This document shows, one piece after another, positions 7,713 through 15,869 of a stretch of 24,233 bases of DNA (positions are counted from its first letter, which is position 1; every line of letters starts with the position of its first letter). The stretch covers positions 1-24,233 of IMG/VR virus record IMGVR_UViG_3300037296_000088. One strand, given 5' to 3'. Below the pieces are notes generated by a model. That model had not been told where the DNA came from. It saw only the letters and a program-made list of their open reading frames with translations, and ran no database searches. The translations under genes and the position numbers were made by a program. Origin of the DNA: a virus (taxonomy: Duplodnaviria > Caudoviricetes).

Positions 7713-8081
7713 ATGGAATATACAGAAGATCAAGCGTGGGTTGACCTTGGCAATCTAGGGATGCCCTTTATGCGAACTGGAAGCCGTGAAATTTGCAGCC
7801 CTGCGCCGATGGATACAGATGCAGACTTTGTAGTTCTGGATCTGAGGGGATCTGGAAATTTTGAAAGCAACGGTTTCAAAATGACAGCAGAGCCTGAAAA
7901 TTATGGGTTTGAGGCACCGTTCATTACTTATCGTCGCGGCGAGGTAAATTTGATCGTCGTTGATGGTTGGCCGCAGTTCAAGGCATGGAAAGCTGCAACA
8001 GCCGCCGCCAAGCAAATGAATATCAAAGACAAGCAGAAACGAATCGCTTTGTTTCAGGGGGTGCTTTATGGGAACTGGTAA
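7713..8081 (+). CDS. Minimal nucleotidyltransferase-like protein (Pol-beta superfamily)
   Basis: GAGG RBS; TGSR...DTDADFVV motif and downstream VNLIV strand. Confidence 0.7.
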   Translation: MEYTEDQAWVDLGNLGMPFMRTGSREICSPAPMDTDADFVVLDLRGSGNFESNGFKMTAEPENYGFEAPFITYRRGEVNLIVVDGWPQFKAWKAATAAAKQMNIKDKQKRIALFQGVLYGNW

Positions 8082-8964
8082 CCAAACCCAAACGCTAGAA
8101 CAGCGCAGCCCTGAATGGTTTGAGGCACGCAAGGGGCGGATCACTGCCAGCATCGTGGGTGCTATTCTGGGCCATGCGCCGTATATGAGCCGCGACGATG
8201 CTATGCGGTCGATGGTTCGCGCGGCGGTCGGTGCGCCGTCTGAGTTCACCGGCAACATTGCCACGGAATACGGCACACGAAACGAGGAAAACGCGCTTTT
8301 TGAATACCGGCTGTTGACCGGCGCAACCGTCGATCTGGTCGGATTTGTCCAGCACGAGGATTGGGCTATATGCGACGTGGGCGGGCTAATCGGTGGGCAA
8401 GGCGGGCTTGAAATTAAATGTCCGTTCGGCAAGCGCAGCGAAAAACACCCTGAGTTTCTGTCTATTATTGATGGCGATCTGCCGCACTATTATGACCAAG
8501 TGCAATTTTCGCTTTGGGTCACGGGCCGGAAGTGGTGGGACTTCTTCCAGTGGTCGGTGAACGGCAACCGCACGGAATCCGTTCACGTCGATCAGTCATG
8601 GCGCGATGAAAACTTGCCACGGCTGCGGCAGTTTTATGCTGAATATCTGGCGGCGCTGGATGATCCTGCGGACTACATCAGCGACAAGCGCGTGACCATC
8701 GACACGCCGGAAGCGTCCCGCATGGTTGCGGAATATGACGAACTTGCCGAGGCAATTGAGAACGCCACGGCCAAGCGCAAGGAATTATTGGAACAGATGG
8801 TCACGCTTTCAGGCGGCAAAAACGCTATCGTTGCAGGCCGCAAGCTGACTGAAACGCAGCGCAAAGGGTCTGTGTCCTATGCAAAGGCGCTGGCCAAGTA
8901 TGCGCCAAAGGCTGACCTTGAACCGTTTCGCGGTAAGGCGTCGTCTAGCTGGGGGCTGAAATAA
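8068..8964 (+). CDS. YqaJ / lambda-exonuclease family protein
   Basis: QRSPEWFEARKGRITAS, YGTRNE, LEIKCP, HYYDQVQ; the SPDG motif is atypical (see findings). Confidence 0.88.
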   Translation: MGTGNQTQTLEQRSPEWFEARKGRITASIVGAILGHAPYMSRDDAMRSMVRAAVGAPSEFTGNIATEYGTRNEENALFEYRLLTGATVDLVGFVQHEDWAICDVGGLIGGQGGLEIKCPFGKRSEKHPEFLSIIDGDLPHYYDQVQFSLWVTGRKWWDFFQWSVNGNRTESVHVDQSWRDENLPRLRQFYAEYLAALDDPADYISDKRVTIDTPEASRMVAEYDELAEAIENATAKRKELLEQMVTLSGGKNAIVAGRKLTETQRKGSVSYAKALAKYAPKADLEPFRGKASSSWGLK

Positions 8965-10874
8965 TGCTGCGCCCATATCAACAGTCGGCACACGATGCCG
9001 CGATTGCGTGGATGCGCCAGACCGTAGCGCCGGGGGTAGTCGACGCCGCAACCGGTGCTGGCAAGTCGCACATCATCGCAGCCATTGCCGACACGATCCA
9101 CAGCACGACAGGCAAGCGCGTGCTTTGCCTTGCGCCCAGCGCCGAACTTGTGACGCAGAACCGCGAAAAATACTTGGCCACCGGGAATAAGGCCAGCCTG
9201 TTCAGCGCCAGCGCCGGCGGCAAAGACTTGCGGCATCATGTCGTGTTTGGTTCGCCGCTGACAGTCAAGAACCGGATCAGCGCCTTCCAACGTCACGGCA
9301 ATGACGGCTTTGCACTTGTTATCGTGGACGAGTGCCACGGGCTAACGCCAACCTTGATTGGCATTATCGAAGCTATGCGCGAAGCAAACCCGAACCTTCG
9401 CGTTCTGGGCCTGACCGCCACGCCGTATCGCTTGGGATCTGGATACATTTTCCGCGAATGGCCAGACGCCAAGGGCAAGCAGGCCAAGGTGAACGGCGAC
9501 GATGTGTCCCGCGATCCGTATTTTCAAAAGTGCATCATCCGCATTGATGCGCGCGAATTGATCGAGGCAGGTTTTTTAACGCCGCCAGTCATCGGTGGCA
9601 TCAACGCCAAAGGATATGACACGGCAGGATTGACGGCGAACGCACAAGGCAAGTTTGACAGTGCGGCGGTTGATCGCGCGTATCATGGCCACGGACGCAA
9701 GACATCGGCAATCGTGGCGGACGTTCTAGCGCAAAGCCGGGGCCGCAAGGGCGTGATGTTTTTCGCCGCGACCGTGCAGCACGCTAACGAAGTCATGGCG
9801 TCCCTGCCGCCTGAATTGTCCGCTATCGTGACTGGCGAAACACCCAAGGCCATGCGCGACAACATCCTTGCGCGATTCAAGTCGCGGGCGCTGAAATACC
9901 TTGTGAACGTGTCAGTTTTGACAACGGGGTTTGATGCGCCTCATGTGGATGTCATTGCCATTTTGCGCAAGACGGAATCGGTGGGACTGCTGCAACAGAT
10001 CATCGGGCGCGGCCTGCGTCTGGATGATGTCAAGGTAGATTGCCTCGTACTGGACTATACCAGCAACCTTGACGACCATTGCCCCGATGGCGATCTGTTC
10101 GCCCCAGCGATCAAGGCCAATAAAGGCGGCGGGGCCGGGGGTGGCGTCACTTGCATCTGCCCAGAGTGCAGCGCCGAAAACACGTTTACCGCTAATCCGC
10201 AGTATCTGGATTATGAACTGGACGAGGCGGGCTATGTGCTGGACCTTGAGGGGCAGCAGATACTAGTCGAGCAGGGCCCGATCCCCGGTCACTTTGGCCG
10301 CAGATGCTTTGGCCAAGTGCGCACCGGATCGCGCGGCGAGTATGAGCGCTGCGGGTATCGCTGGACAGGCAAGGAATGTCCGGCGTGCCAAGCGCATAAC
10401 GACATCGCCGCTCGATATTGCTGCGAATGCCGCGCAGAAATTGTTGACCCGAATGAGCGCTTGATCGGTGACTTTAAGGCCATGAAGAAAGACCCGACGC
10501 GCCGCCAGTGTGACGAGGTTCTAAGCATGACGGCAAAGCCCGGCACATCGCAGACAGGCAAGCGGACGGTTCGCGTTGATTGGGTGACGCCATATCGGTC
10601 ATTTTCGACGTGGCTACAGCCAGACGCAACGCACAGTCGGGGAATGCAGGAATTTGCTATGTGGCAAGTGCAGACGCAGGACGGCGACCGAAAGCCCTAT
10701 ACGGTTTCCTATGTGAAAGACGCCAATTCGGGGTTTTATCGCTGCACCGGATACAATGAAACGATTGACGCGCAGCCGGACGGATACGAACACAAGGAAA
10801 AGCGCGGCGACCGGAAGCAAGGCCATTGGTTCGATGCTGACGAAGCCGTAAAAGCAATGGGGGCAGCGCAATGA
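8964..10874 (+). CDS. Superfamily 2 helicase (RadD/YejH-like) with C-terminal Zn fingers
   Basis: LRPYQ, ATGAGKS, DECH, GLTATPYR, LTTGFDAP, QIIGRGLR, CPEC/CPAC/CCEC. Confidence 0.93.
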   Translation: MLRPYQQSAHDAAIAWMRQTVAPGVVDAATGAGKSHIIAAIADTIHSTTGKRVLCLAPSAELVTQNREKYLATGNKASLFSASAGGKDLRHHVVFGSPLTVKNRISAFQRHGNDGFALVIVDECHGLTPTLIGIIEAMREANPNLRVLGLTATPYRLGSGYIFREWPDAKGKQAKVNGDDVSRDPYFQKCIIRIDARELIEAGFLTPPVIGGINAKGYDTAGLTANAQGKFDSAAVDRAYHGHGRKTSAIVADVLAQSRGRKGVMFFAATVQHANEVMASLPPELSAIVTGETPKAMRDNILARFKSRALKYLVNVSVLTTGFDAPHVDVIAILRKTESVGLLQQIIGRGLRLDDVKVDCLVLDYTSNLDDHCPDGDLFAPAIKANKGGGAGGGVTCICPECSAENTFTANPQYLDYELDEAGYVLDLEGQQILVEQGPIPGHFGRRCFGQVRTGSRGEYERCGYRWTGKECPACQAHNDIAARYCCECRAEIVDPNERLIGDFKAMKKDPTRRQCDEVLSMTAKPGTSQTGKRTVRVDWVTPYRSFSTWLQPDATHSRGMQEFAMWQVQTQDGDRKPYTVSYVKDANSGFYRCTGYNETIDAQPDGYEHKEKRGDRKQGHWFDADEAVKAMGAAQ

Positions 10875-11311
10875 ACCGCAACGATTTCACCGACCTAGCG
10901 GCCAAGGGCGTGCTGGTTTTTGGCGATCTGGACTTTCGCGGTAAATGCCCACGCGAAGGCGTAGAACAGGCGACGTTTTTCAATCGCCTGCGCCGCGAAT
11001 ATCCTGACAGCCTTGGACTGCTGGCGCTGCACCCGAAAAATGAGGGGCAGCTTCGCGGCGGGCAATTCAAGGGGCTGGCCAGGGACAAGGCCGAGGGCAT
11101 GATGCCGGGGGCTTGTGACATCATTATTCCGGCGCGGATTGCGTTTGCCTGCGAAATGAAGCGGCAGGATTATACGCAATCGGCGTGGCAGGACGGGCAG
11201 CGCGAATATCTAACAGCCGCCGCCGGACAAGGCGCGTTTGCCTGCGTTGCGTTCGGTTACAAGGCCGCGTGGCAGGCGCTAGAGTATTGGATAAACCATG
11301 TGGCCGAATGA
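10871..11311 (+). CDS. VRR-NUC domain nuclease
   Basis: EQATF, HPKNEG, KAEGMMPGACDI, CEMKR, Q.EYL. Confidence 0.85.
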   Translation: MNRNDFTDLAAKGVLVFGDLDFRGKCPREGVEQATFFNRLRREYPDSLGLLALHPKNEGQLRGGQFKGLARDKAEGMMPGACDIIIPARIAFACEMKRQDYTQSAWQDGQREYLTAAAGQGAFACVAFGYKAAWQALEYWINHVAE

Positions 11312-11540
11312 CGTAGAGAGACCCTCCGAAACCTTGCGGCGCGTGCTGGCTGGGGAGTTGGCGATGGAATCCGCGCCTGCTGCGATTCAAAGCTGGGCAA
11401 GGTTCGAGATACACAACGGCGCAAAGTCCGTGCTGGCCATCCCGACCACGGGTGAACGGCGCAACATGCTGGGGCGCATCCCTGCACTAGTCCGACCGCA
11501 CGTTGAGGCCGAGGCACGGCGGATTTTCAGCGGCAAATGA
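11298..11540 (+). CDS. Hypothetical protein
   Basis: 80-aa ORF overlapping the VRR-NUC gene and ending just before the next promoter. Confidence 0.65.
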   Translation: MWPNDVERPSETLRRVLAGELAMESAPAAIQSWARFEIHNGAKSVLAIPTTGERRNMLGRIPALVRPHVEAEARRIFSGK

Positions 11541-11550
11541 TTATTCACTG

Positions 11551-11580
11551 TTGACATTGAATTGTGCCTAGGGGTATGGT
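11551..11580 (+). promoter_or_regulatory. Candidate sigma70 promoter
   Basis: TTGACA-N18-TATGGT ahead of a strong AAGGAG RBS. Confidence 0.65.
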
Positions 11581-11585
11581 CAGTT

Positions 11586-11786
11586 TAACGGAAGCAAAGG
11601 AGACGACGAAATGCAAACTTGGAAAATCATCTGGCACAGCGGGCGCAAAGAAACGGTGCAGGCCAGCGGCTACACAGAAGCCCACCGCAAGGCGCACAAT
11701 CGGGTCAACTGGATCGAACTAGGGCCAGTGTTCAAAATAGGGCTGGTGGAGTAATCCCCAGCCTAACCGTAACGGAAGCAAAGGAG
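11586..11786 (+). repeat. 17-bp direct repeat TAACGGAAGCAAAGGAG (11586-11602, 11770-11786)
   Basis: Exact match; each copy contains the RBS of the following gene. Confidence 0.85.
11611..11754 (+). CDS. Hypothetical protein (47 aa, not in ORF track)
   Basis: AAGGAG RBS; MQTWKIIWHSGRKETVQASGYTEAHRKAHNRVNWIELGPVFKIGLVE. Confidence 0.7.
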   Translation: MQTWKIIWHSGRKETVQASGYTEAHRKAHNRVNWIELGPVFKIGLVE

Positions 11787-11792
11787 CATGAG

Positions 11793-11912
11793 ATGACACG
11801 GAAAGAATACAACGCGGCGCGCTATCAGGCATTTGTCGATGGCGTCATGATCGTGATATGCGCGGGCTTCGCCTTCTGCGGCGTGGCGTTTATTGCGGCG
11901 CAGGTGCTTTGA
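11793..11912 (+). CDS. Small membrane protein (39 aa)
   Basis: AAGGAG RBS; MTRKEYNAARYQAFVDGVMIVICAGFAFCGVAFIAAQVL with one hydrophobic helix. Confidence 0.7.
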   Translation: MTRKEYNAARYQAFVDGVMIVICAGFAFCGVAFIAAQVL

Positions 11913-12178
11913 TGGAATGGCAACCGATTGAGACTGCACCGAAGGATGGGACAGCAGTTGTCCTGTTCACTACCTGCCACGGTATTTGCGAGGCATACTT
12001 TGCTGATGGTGAATGGTCTGATGACACGCCAGTTTCGCCTGCTGAATATTCTGGCGATTGCTGGGTGTGCTGTGACGATGCATTCCAAATCGAGGTTGAG
12101 TTATGGCAGGATGGGTTTGAATGCCATGGCACAGCAACGCATTGGGCCAATCACGAAAAGCCAGAGGCCAAGCCATGA
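11912..12178 (+). CDS. DUF551-like phage protein
   Basis: MEWQPIETAPKDGT ... ATHW. Confidence 0.85.
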   Translation: MEWQPIETAPKDGTAVVLFTTCHGICEAYFADGEWSDDTPVSPAEYSGDCWVCCDDAFQIEVELWQDGFECHGTATHWANHEKPEAKP

Positions 12179-12498
12179 CCTACCTCAAGGGCGAAGCCGC
12201 AGCCAACCGCGCGGCATACCGCATGGGCAAGGGGCTGGACCGCGTTTATACTGGCATGACAGACGCCACCAAGGCACGCATTGATGCAACCGTCGTGGAC
12301 AGCGTGGCAATGCTGCAAGGCCGCCCGCGGTCGCCAGAGGAAACCCGTGCGGCCTATGAGTTGACCGACAGCCAGGCCCGCGACTGGATTGCGTCCAATG
12401 ACGTATTCGCCGGGGTCACGGTTGAGCAGGTACTAGCAGACAACCGGTTGCGCATTATGGCCGCGCGGCTGGCCTTGAAATTGAAAGGGGATGAATGA
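12175..12498 (+). CDS. Hypothetical protein
   Basis: ATGA-coupled start MTYLKGEAAANR. Confidence 0.65.
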   Translation: MTYLKGEAAANRAAYRMGKGLDRVYTGMTDATKARIDATVVDSVAMLQGRPRSPEETRAAYELTDSQARDWIASNDVFAGVTVEQVLADNRLRIMAARLALKLKGDE

Positions 12499-12683
12499 TG
12501 CAACACCGCCACCAGACAGAACTAACCGACGCCATCCGCGACACGATCACGGAATACGTCGCGGGATACCTAGACGAGGCCATCAGCGTCGAGACAATCG
12601 CCAACGCTTGCAGCGATGCGGCGGCTGACTTCGGCCCGCAGGACACGCAGCGGGACAGCGATATTCGGGGGATGCGGGGATGA
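12495..12683 (+). CDS. Hypothetical protein
   Basis: ATGA coupling on both sides. Confidence 0.6.
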   Translation: MMQHRHQTELTDAIRDTITEYVAGYLDEAISVETIANACSDAAADFGPQDTQRDSDIRGMRG

Positions 12684-12940
12684 ATGATCTAGACCTATTC
12701 ATCGTCGGGTTTTCCGGCGATGGCGGATCAATCGACCCGCTGCCATGCTTCAAGGTGTCCGATGACTGCCAGAAGGTAAGCGTAACCATGCAATACAATG
12801 GCTTTTTTGGCTCTGGTGAATCCTCGCAAGAGGAACCAGCCGCTGCGTTCCTCAAGGCCAACCGCAGCTTTTATATTTATGACACGGCCACTGGCGAAAG
12901 CTATAGCGGCGACGATGATCTACCGGAGGCCCCCCAATGA
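12680..12940 (+). CDS. Hypothetical acidic protein
   Basis: ATGA coupling on both sides. Confidence 0.6.
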   Translation: MNDLDLFIVGFSGDGGSIDPLPCFKVSDDCQKVSVTMQYNGFFGSGESSQEEPAAAFLKANRSFYIYDTATGESYSGDDDLPEAPQ

Positions 12941-13134
12941 CCCTACCCATCGACACGCCCACGCCATTCCGCGACATGCACGCCAACGCAACGCCGATGC
13001 GCCGGCCACGCCGCTACCCTATCGTTATGCCGGTTTTCCTGTGCAGCGCATCCGCCACAGCCCTCGTGCTGCTTTACTTCGCCGGCTCGTGGGTGTTCAA
13101 CGCCGTCTGCGTGATGTGCGGGGGGGATATGTGA
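12937..13134 (+). CDS. Small membrane protein
   Basis: GGAGG RBS; C-terminal hydrophobic segment. Confidence 0.6.
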   Translation: MTLPIDTPTPFRDMHANATPMRRPRRYPIVMPVFLCSASATALVLLYFAGSWVFNAVCVMCGGDM

Positions 13135-13793
13135 TGACCGCCCGCATCCTATCAGCCGCCGCCCTTGTCGCCCTCACAGCCTGCGGCAGCGCATCCAATC
13201 CATACGGCCCGATTGACGCGCCTATGGCCCCTGTAATCGACCGCGCGCCACCGCCGCCAGTGGATGACCCGACCATCGTATTCGCCATTGGTCAGTCCAA
13301 TATGGTGCAGGGCACAAAGTCCGGCATCCAGACCGAGTTCGTCAGCCGCCTAGAGTCTGGCAATGGCCGCAATGACACGATCTACATTCAGGCCGCAATC
13401 GGTGGACAGAAGGCCGTCGAGTTCGGCAACGGCGGCAGCGTGGCGCAGATGATGGACGCGCGCTACGACACGTCCAAACTGCCGCCAGCCGACTATCTGT
13501 TGATCCACCAGGGCGAGGCGGATTATCAAACCCCCGGCGCTGAGTTCGTGGCGACATGGAACGGCAACATCGCCGAGATGGGCGACAAGGGCATGGTTGA
13601 CGCCGAGACGGTCAAGGTCATGGGCCAGCTATTCCAAGGCGGCAAATATGACGCGATGAATGACTACATGGGCCAGATCGACGGCGTGCGGATCGCCAGC
13701 AGCGACGGGCTGACCGCGTTCGACGGCATCCACTTTGACGAGGCGTCCCGCTTGGAATTGGGCGGACGGTATTATGCGGAGGCAATGAAATGA
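13134..13793 (+). CDS. Lipoprotein, SGNH hydrolase / sialate O-acetylesterase-like
   Basis: Start ATG 13134 coupled to the upstream TGA; signal MTARILSAAALVALTA-C; GQSN, AIGG, HQGEAD and DGIHF motifs. Confidence 0.85.
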   Translation: MTARILSAAALVALTACGSASNPYGPIDAPMAPVIDRAPPPPVDDPTIVFAIGQSNMVQGTKSGIQTEFVSRLESGNGRNDTIYIQAAIGGQKAVEFGNGGSVAQMMDARYDTSKLPPADYLLIHQGEADYQTPGAEFVATWNGNIAEMGDKGMVDAETVKVMGQLFQGGKYDAMNDYMGQIDGVRIASSDGLTAFDGIHFDEASRLELGGRYYAEAMK

Positions 13794-14074
13794 CCGACCA
13801 GACAGACGCGCCGGAACGGATTTACGCGCAAGATGCCAAGCCAGACGAGTGCAATTTCATCGGCGGTGGATGGTGGGACGATTCATGCGGCAACACGCAA
13901 TATCCGCATATCGTGGAATACGTCCGATCCGATATCCTAGACGCCGCGCAGGCCGAGATTGCCAAGCTGCGGGAGGCGTTGCTTCTTGCAAAGCTGGCAT
14001 TGCCTGATTGGCATAATGGCGGCAACCTTGAAGATCAAATTGATGCCGCACTAACAGCGACTGAGACGTTCTAA
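13790..14074 (+). CDS. Hypothetical phage protein
   Basis: GGAGG RBS; APERIY...VEYVRSD pattern common in small phage proteins. Confidence 0.7.
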   Translation: MTDQTDAPERIYAQDAKPDECNFIGGGWWDDSCGNTQYPHIVEYVRSDILDAAQAEIAKLREALLLAKLALPDWHNGGNLEDQIDAALTATETF

Positions 14075-14076
14075 CG

Positions 14077-14104
14077 AAAAACCCGCCACCGATTAGGTGA
14101 CGGG
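14077..14104 (-). terminator. Rho-independent terminator of the lysis genes
   Basis: Minus strand CCCGTCACC-TAATC-GGTGGCGGG-TTTTT between convergent genes. Confidence 0.7.
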
Positions 14105-14124
14105 CAACTTCGGGCCTGCGGGAA

Positions 14125-14331
14125 TTAGTTGGTTCGTCGGAAGGTTGAGGCGTCATATATCGAGATAAGTATTCGCCCCGTTCGCCGCATCTGCGCCACG
14201 TCGTCGCCTCCAAGGGCTGCGGCGTGGTTTGTCATTAGCGGGTCAAGGACGCTTACCAGTGCCGGTTGATCTGCCACGGCGCTGCAAGAACTCAAGATCG
14301 CCGCTGCCGTCAGGGTTGCCAGTATCCGCAT
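14125..14331 (-). CDS. o-spanin (Rz1-like) lipoprotein
   Basis: Lipobox ILSS-C; overlaps the 3' end of the i-spanin gene in another frame. Confidence 0.72.
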   Translation of the reverse strand: MRILATLTAAAILSSCSAVADQPALVSVLDPLMTNHAAALGGDDVAQMRRTGRILISIYDASTFRRTN

Positions 14332-14458
14332 TTTGCGCTCCTAGAAGTGTATCCGCGCGGGATTGCGCATCGTCAGCGGCCTTAGACGACCGCCCCTTGA
14401 TGTAGGCTAGCACCGCCAGCGCCAGCCCCGCAAGCATGGTTACAGCCGTGGCAATCAT
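14243..14458 (-). CDS. i-spanin (Rz-like)
   Basis: N-terminal TM helix, YIKGR, helical periplasmic tail; follows the holin. Confidence 0.7.
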   Translation of the reverse strand: MIATAVTMLAGLALAVLAYIKGRSSKAADDAQSRADTLLGAQNADTGNPDGSGDLEFLQRRGRSTGTGKRP

Positions 14459-14664
14459 GTGTTTGCCCGATCCGGCACGAGATACCCAACAGCAAGCGCA
14501 GCGATAGCGCCCACCAGCATCGACGTAGAAGCCCCGGCCAGCGCTGGGTAAATCTCAGCCATGACGCCGCCCCAAATCTCAGTCACTGCGGGACCGATCA
14601 GAACCGCAATGGCCAGCTTGTTTGTCGGTCGCGCGGTCGGCTGGTCAACTAATGGTTTTGCCAT
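14455..14664 (-). CDS. Putative holin
   Basis: 69 aa with two hydrophobic helices, PTNK near the N-terminus, GYLVPD at the end; coupled to the spanins. Confidence 0.7.
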   Translation of the reverse strand: MAKPLVDQPTARPTNKLAIAVLIGPAVTEIWGGVMAEIYPALAGASTSMLVGAIAALAVGYLVPDRANT

Positions 14665-14682
14665 GTCCTATCCTCTCAAGGT

Positions 14683-14719
14683 TCGCCCGCATTGTAGCGC
14701 GGGCGATGCCTTTGGTCTA
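14683..14719 (-). promoter_or_regulatory. Candidate holin promoter with -10 inside an inverted repeat
   Basis: TAGACC-N17-TACAAT; TCGCCCGC / GCGGGCGA arms flank the -10. Confidence 0.5.
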
Positions 14720-14736
14720 GCGGGGTGGTGTCCCCC

Positions 14737-14928
14737 CTACGGCTTGTTCGGTTCGGACAGCAGATCGTCATGGCTCGGCCCGACCAGAAGGTCAGGATCA
14801 CCACCAGCAAATCGGATTACTTGCCGCCAAGTGTCGTCTAGTGTGCGTCGGTTGACGTTCCCTAGCGGGCGGTTCTCAACCTCGCCTTGCCATTTCGCCA
14901 CAGCCCAGTTTAAAAGATTATCGCCCAT
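14737..14928 (-). CDS. Hypothetical protein (63 aa)
   Basis: AGGAG RBS from repeat B; stop codon lies inside repeat A. Confidence 0.75.
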   Translation of the reverse strand: MGDNLLNWAVAKWQGEVENRPLGNVNRRTLDDTWRQVIRFAGGDPDLLVGPSHDDLLSEPNKP

Positions 14929-14939
14929 GTCTCTTGCTC

Positions 14940-15233
14940 CTACTCGGGTTGTTCGGTTTGCAGTCGCTTAAACTGTTGTGACGCGCGAATGATGTGATTT
15001 CCGCCTTCGGTGTCAGTTTCGATCTTCACAGGCCACGCTTGCAGGAATGGCTCGCCGTCAAGAATGAATGTTGTGATGCCGTCTTGCTCCATGCGGGCCA
15101 TAAGACGTGATCTATCAATCTGCATAACGGCAAAATCCTTGCCCAGCCTATCAGTCAGGCATTGCATAATTTCAGCGTCCATCTTCGCCGTAAGCTGCTT
15201 GATTGTGCCGGTTGCTCTTTCCATCAAGTCCAT
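14940..15233 (-). CDS. Hypothetical protein (97 aa)
   Basis: GGAG RBS from repeat C before MDLMERATG; stop codon lies inside repeat B. Confidence 0.75.
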   Translation of the reverse strand: MDLMERATGTIKQLTAKMDAEIMQCLTDRLGKDFAVMQIDRSRLMARMEQDGITTFILDGEPFLQAWPVKIETDTEGGNHIIRASQQFKRLQTEQPE

Positions 15234-15262
15234 CTCTCTTGCTCCCCTACGGTTTGTTCGGT

Positions 15263-15397
15263 TTAATCGCAGACAATTCTGTAAATCCAGGGGCCAAGGC
15301 AAATATCAATATCCTTATCAACATCGACGCCAAAGACCCAAGATCGCCAGCCGCAGAATACCCATTCGCGATACATATAAATTCGCCTGTCGCGCAT
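15263..15397 (-). CDS. Small Trp/Cys-rich protein (44 aa)
   Basis: AAGGAGG RBS; MRDRRIYMYREWVFCGWRSWVFGVDVDKDIDICLGPWIYRIVCD; stop abuts repeat C. Confidence 0.65.
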   Translation of the reverse strand: MRDRRIYMYREWVFCGWRSWVFGVDVDKDIDICLGPWIYRIVCD

Positions 15398-15410
15398 GCC
15401 TCTTGCCTCC

Positions 15411-15863
15411 TTAATCCAAAGTTCTATCGTCAGGGTTCCGGCTATACTTGCACAGCCGGTTGACCTGATTGCGATTAACCTTCTGCCCCGCGATCCTGCC
15501 GATCTTGTCCAGCGCGTCAGCCTGATCCAGAGACGACCACCAGATCGCGCACATATCGGCGCGGCGTGGATGCTTCTTAGATAGCCGTCCACCTTCCGCG
15601 ACCTTCTGCGGCGGCATGACTTCAATCGTGGCCCCCAGAGCCTCAATGCGCGTCTGCATGGCCTTGCTTGCGGCACCATGCCCAAGGTCAGACAGAGCGC
15701 ATAGGCGCAGCACGTCGCCGCTTCTAATGCCCCCGCTGTCCACTAGGGCAGTCAGATCGGCGCGGCGCGTTCCCGGCGCGTCCGTGAATGTCAGTGAAAC
15801 ATTGACCCCCATATGTGAGGTGTCAGAACGGGGGCGGTCATAAAGGTATACAAGTATTCTCAT
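15411..15863 (-). CDS. Degenerate serine-resolvase-fold protein with C-terminal HTH-like region
   Basis: MRILVY, FTD..GTRRADL, IRSGDVLRLCALSDLG, IEALGATIEV follow the resolvase pattern, but YxRVS and LDRLGR are not preserved. Confidence 0.7.
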   Translation of the reverse strand: MRILVYLYDRPRSDTSHMGVNVSLTFTDAPGTRRADLTALVDSGGIRSGDVLRLCALSDLGHGAASKAMQTRIEALGATIEVMPPQKVAEGGRLSKKHPRRADMCAIWWSSLDQADALDKIGRIAGQKVNRNQVNRLCKYSRNPDDRTLD

Positions 15864-15869
15864 GCACCC

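Larger units (their letters stand above)
14734..15264 (-). repeat. Three gene-junction direct repeats, core AACCGAACAAnCCG..TAGG
   Basis: Copies at 14734-14753, 14930-14959 and 15235-15264; A vs C 19/20 identical, B vs C 25/30. Confidence 0.85.

Noticed and set aside
12798-13133. N-terminal extension of the 331-aa ORF
   Set aside because: It overlaps two coupled genes; the lipoprotein signal begins at ATG 13134.
14734-15264. CRISPR array
   Set aside because: Spacing is about 200-300 bp, the intervening sequences are whole genes, and no cas genes are present.
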